This document shows, one piece after another, positions 63,653 to 64,000 of a DNA stretch of 64,000 bases (positions are counted from its first letter, which is position 1; every line of letters starts with the position of its first letter). The DNA lies in the NCBI GenBank assembly GCA_902784345.1, contig CACZUD010000001.1, forward strand, positions 30,810-94,809. Reading direction: 5' to 3'. The notes beneath the pieces are model-generated. The model did not search any database and was not told where the DNA came from. It worked only from the letters and a program-made list of their open reading frames with translations. The DNA is from an uncultured Pseudomonadota bacterium. GTDB lineage: Bacteria; Pseudomonadota; Alphaproteobacteria; Rs-D84. The position numbers and the translations under genes are program-made.

Positions 63653-64000
63653 TATCTTTTCATCACCGTCTAATCTAACTACTTGATGCGGATTTTCAGA
63701 CAATGATTTTATTGTAGAATCTATCAAAGCTTTTCGTTCCATAAATATTTTTTTGTTTGCAGAATCCAAATTATCAATTGCTGGCAATTTTACAGTCATA
63801 GGATTCACATGAACACCATTTTTAATGACTTCATAGTGCAAATGTGGACCAGTCGATAACCCCGTTGAACCAGCATAACCGATAATTTGTCCCTGACGAA
63901 CAACAGTCCCAACATTTACACCTTTTGCAAACTTTGACATATGCGCATACAAAGTTTCAAAAGTTCCATTATGGCGAATTTTTACAAAATTACCATGTCC
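63644..64000 (-). CDS. M23 (LytM-type) metallopeptidase, 5'-partial (runs off the right edge of the window)
   Basis: The frame is open to position 64000: GHGNFVKIRHNGTFETLYAHMSKFAKGVNVGTVVRQGQIIGYAGSTGLSTGPHLHYEV is the canonical M23 catalytic motif. Confidence 0.85.
   Translation of the reverse strand, partial: GHGNFVKIRHNGTFETLYAHMSKFAKGVNVGTVVRQGQIIGYAGSTGLSTGPHLHYEVIKNGVHVNPMTVKLPAIDNLDSANKKIFMERKALIDSTIKSLSENPHQVVRLDGDEKIQK

Overview
This is a 64-kb AT-rich chromosomal segment (roughly 35-40% G+C by eye, not computed) from a diderm bacterium. Gene content and order suggest a host-associated, alphaproteobacterium-like lineage, but that is inference only. The clues are rpsF-rpsR-rplI with no gene between S6 and S18, rpsB-tsf, lepB-rnc, an LptC-like gene next to lptB, RodZ, TspO, and long acidic/basic tails on L9 and S2.

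About two thirds of the window is ordinary housekeeping: tkt, rnhA, rlmE, uvrA, dus, lepB, rnc, secG, tyrS, tsf, rpsB, pth, polA, recO, tpiA, grpE, rplI/rpsR/rpsF, rho, lptB and eno. There are three tRNAs: Arg-TCT, Leu-AAG and Pro-TGG.

The rest is unusual:
1. A mosaic family of cysteine-rich exported proteins covers about 10 kb in six genes, including a three-gene operon at 42.2-47.9 kb. I cannot assign it to any characterised family.
2. Two paralogous subtilase-like outer-membrane proteins are present. One is fused to ankyrin repeats and appears to have a degenerate catalytic triad.
3. There is an orphan MotA/MotB-like stator pair in which the MotB-like protein carries a coiled coil of about 190 aa.
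4. There is a stand-alone SRP54 (Ffh) M-domain gene.
5. Both tRNA-Arg and tRNA-Pro are followed by displaced copies of their own 3' halves. Each copy is interrupted at the same T-loop position by related 74-87-nt inserts.
6. A possible phage-derived remnant lies downstream of tRNA-Pro, with a GH108-like muramidase and an overlapped spanin-like gene pair.
7. Two GC-rich composite palindromes are present.
8. A comM/yifB gene is disrupted by frame changes.

No CRISPR array, rRNA or intact transposase/integrase was seen. All calls come from reading the sequence and translations by hand. No searches were run.
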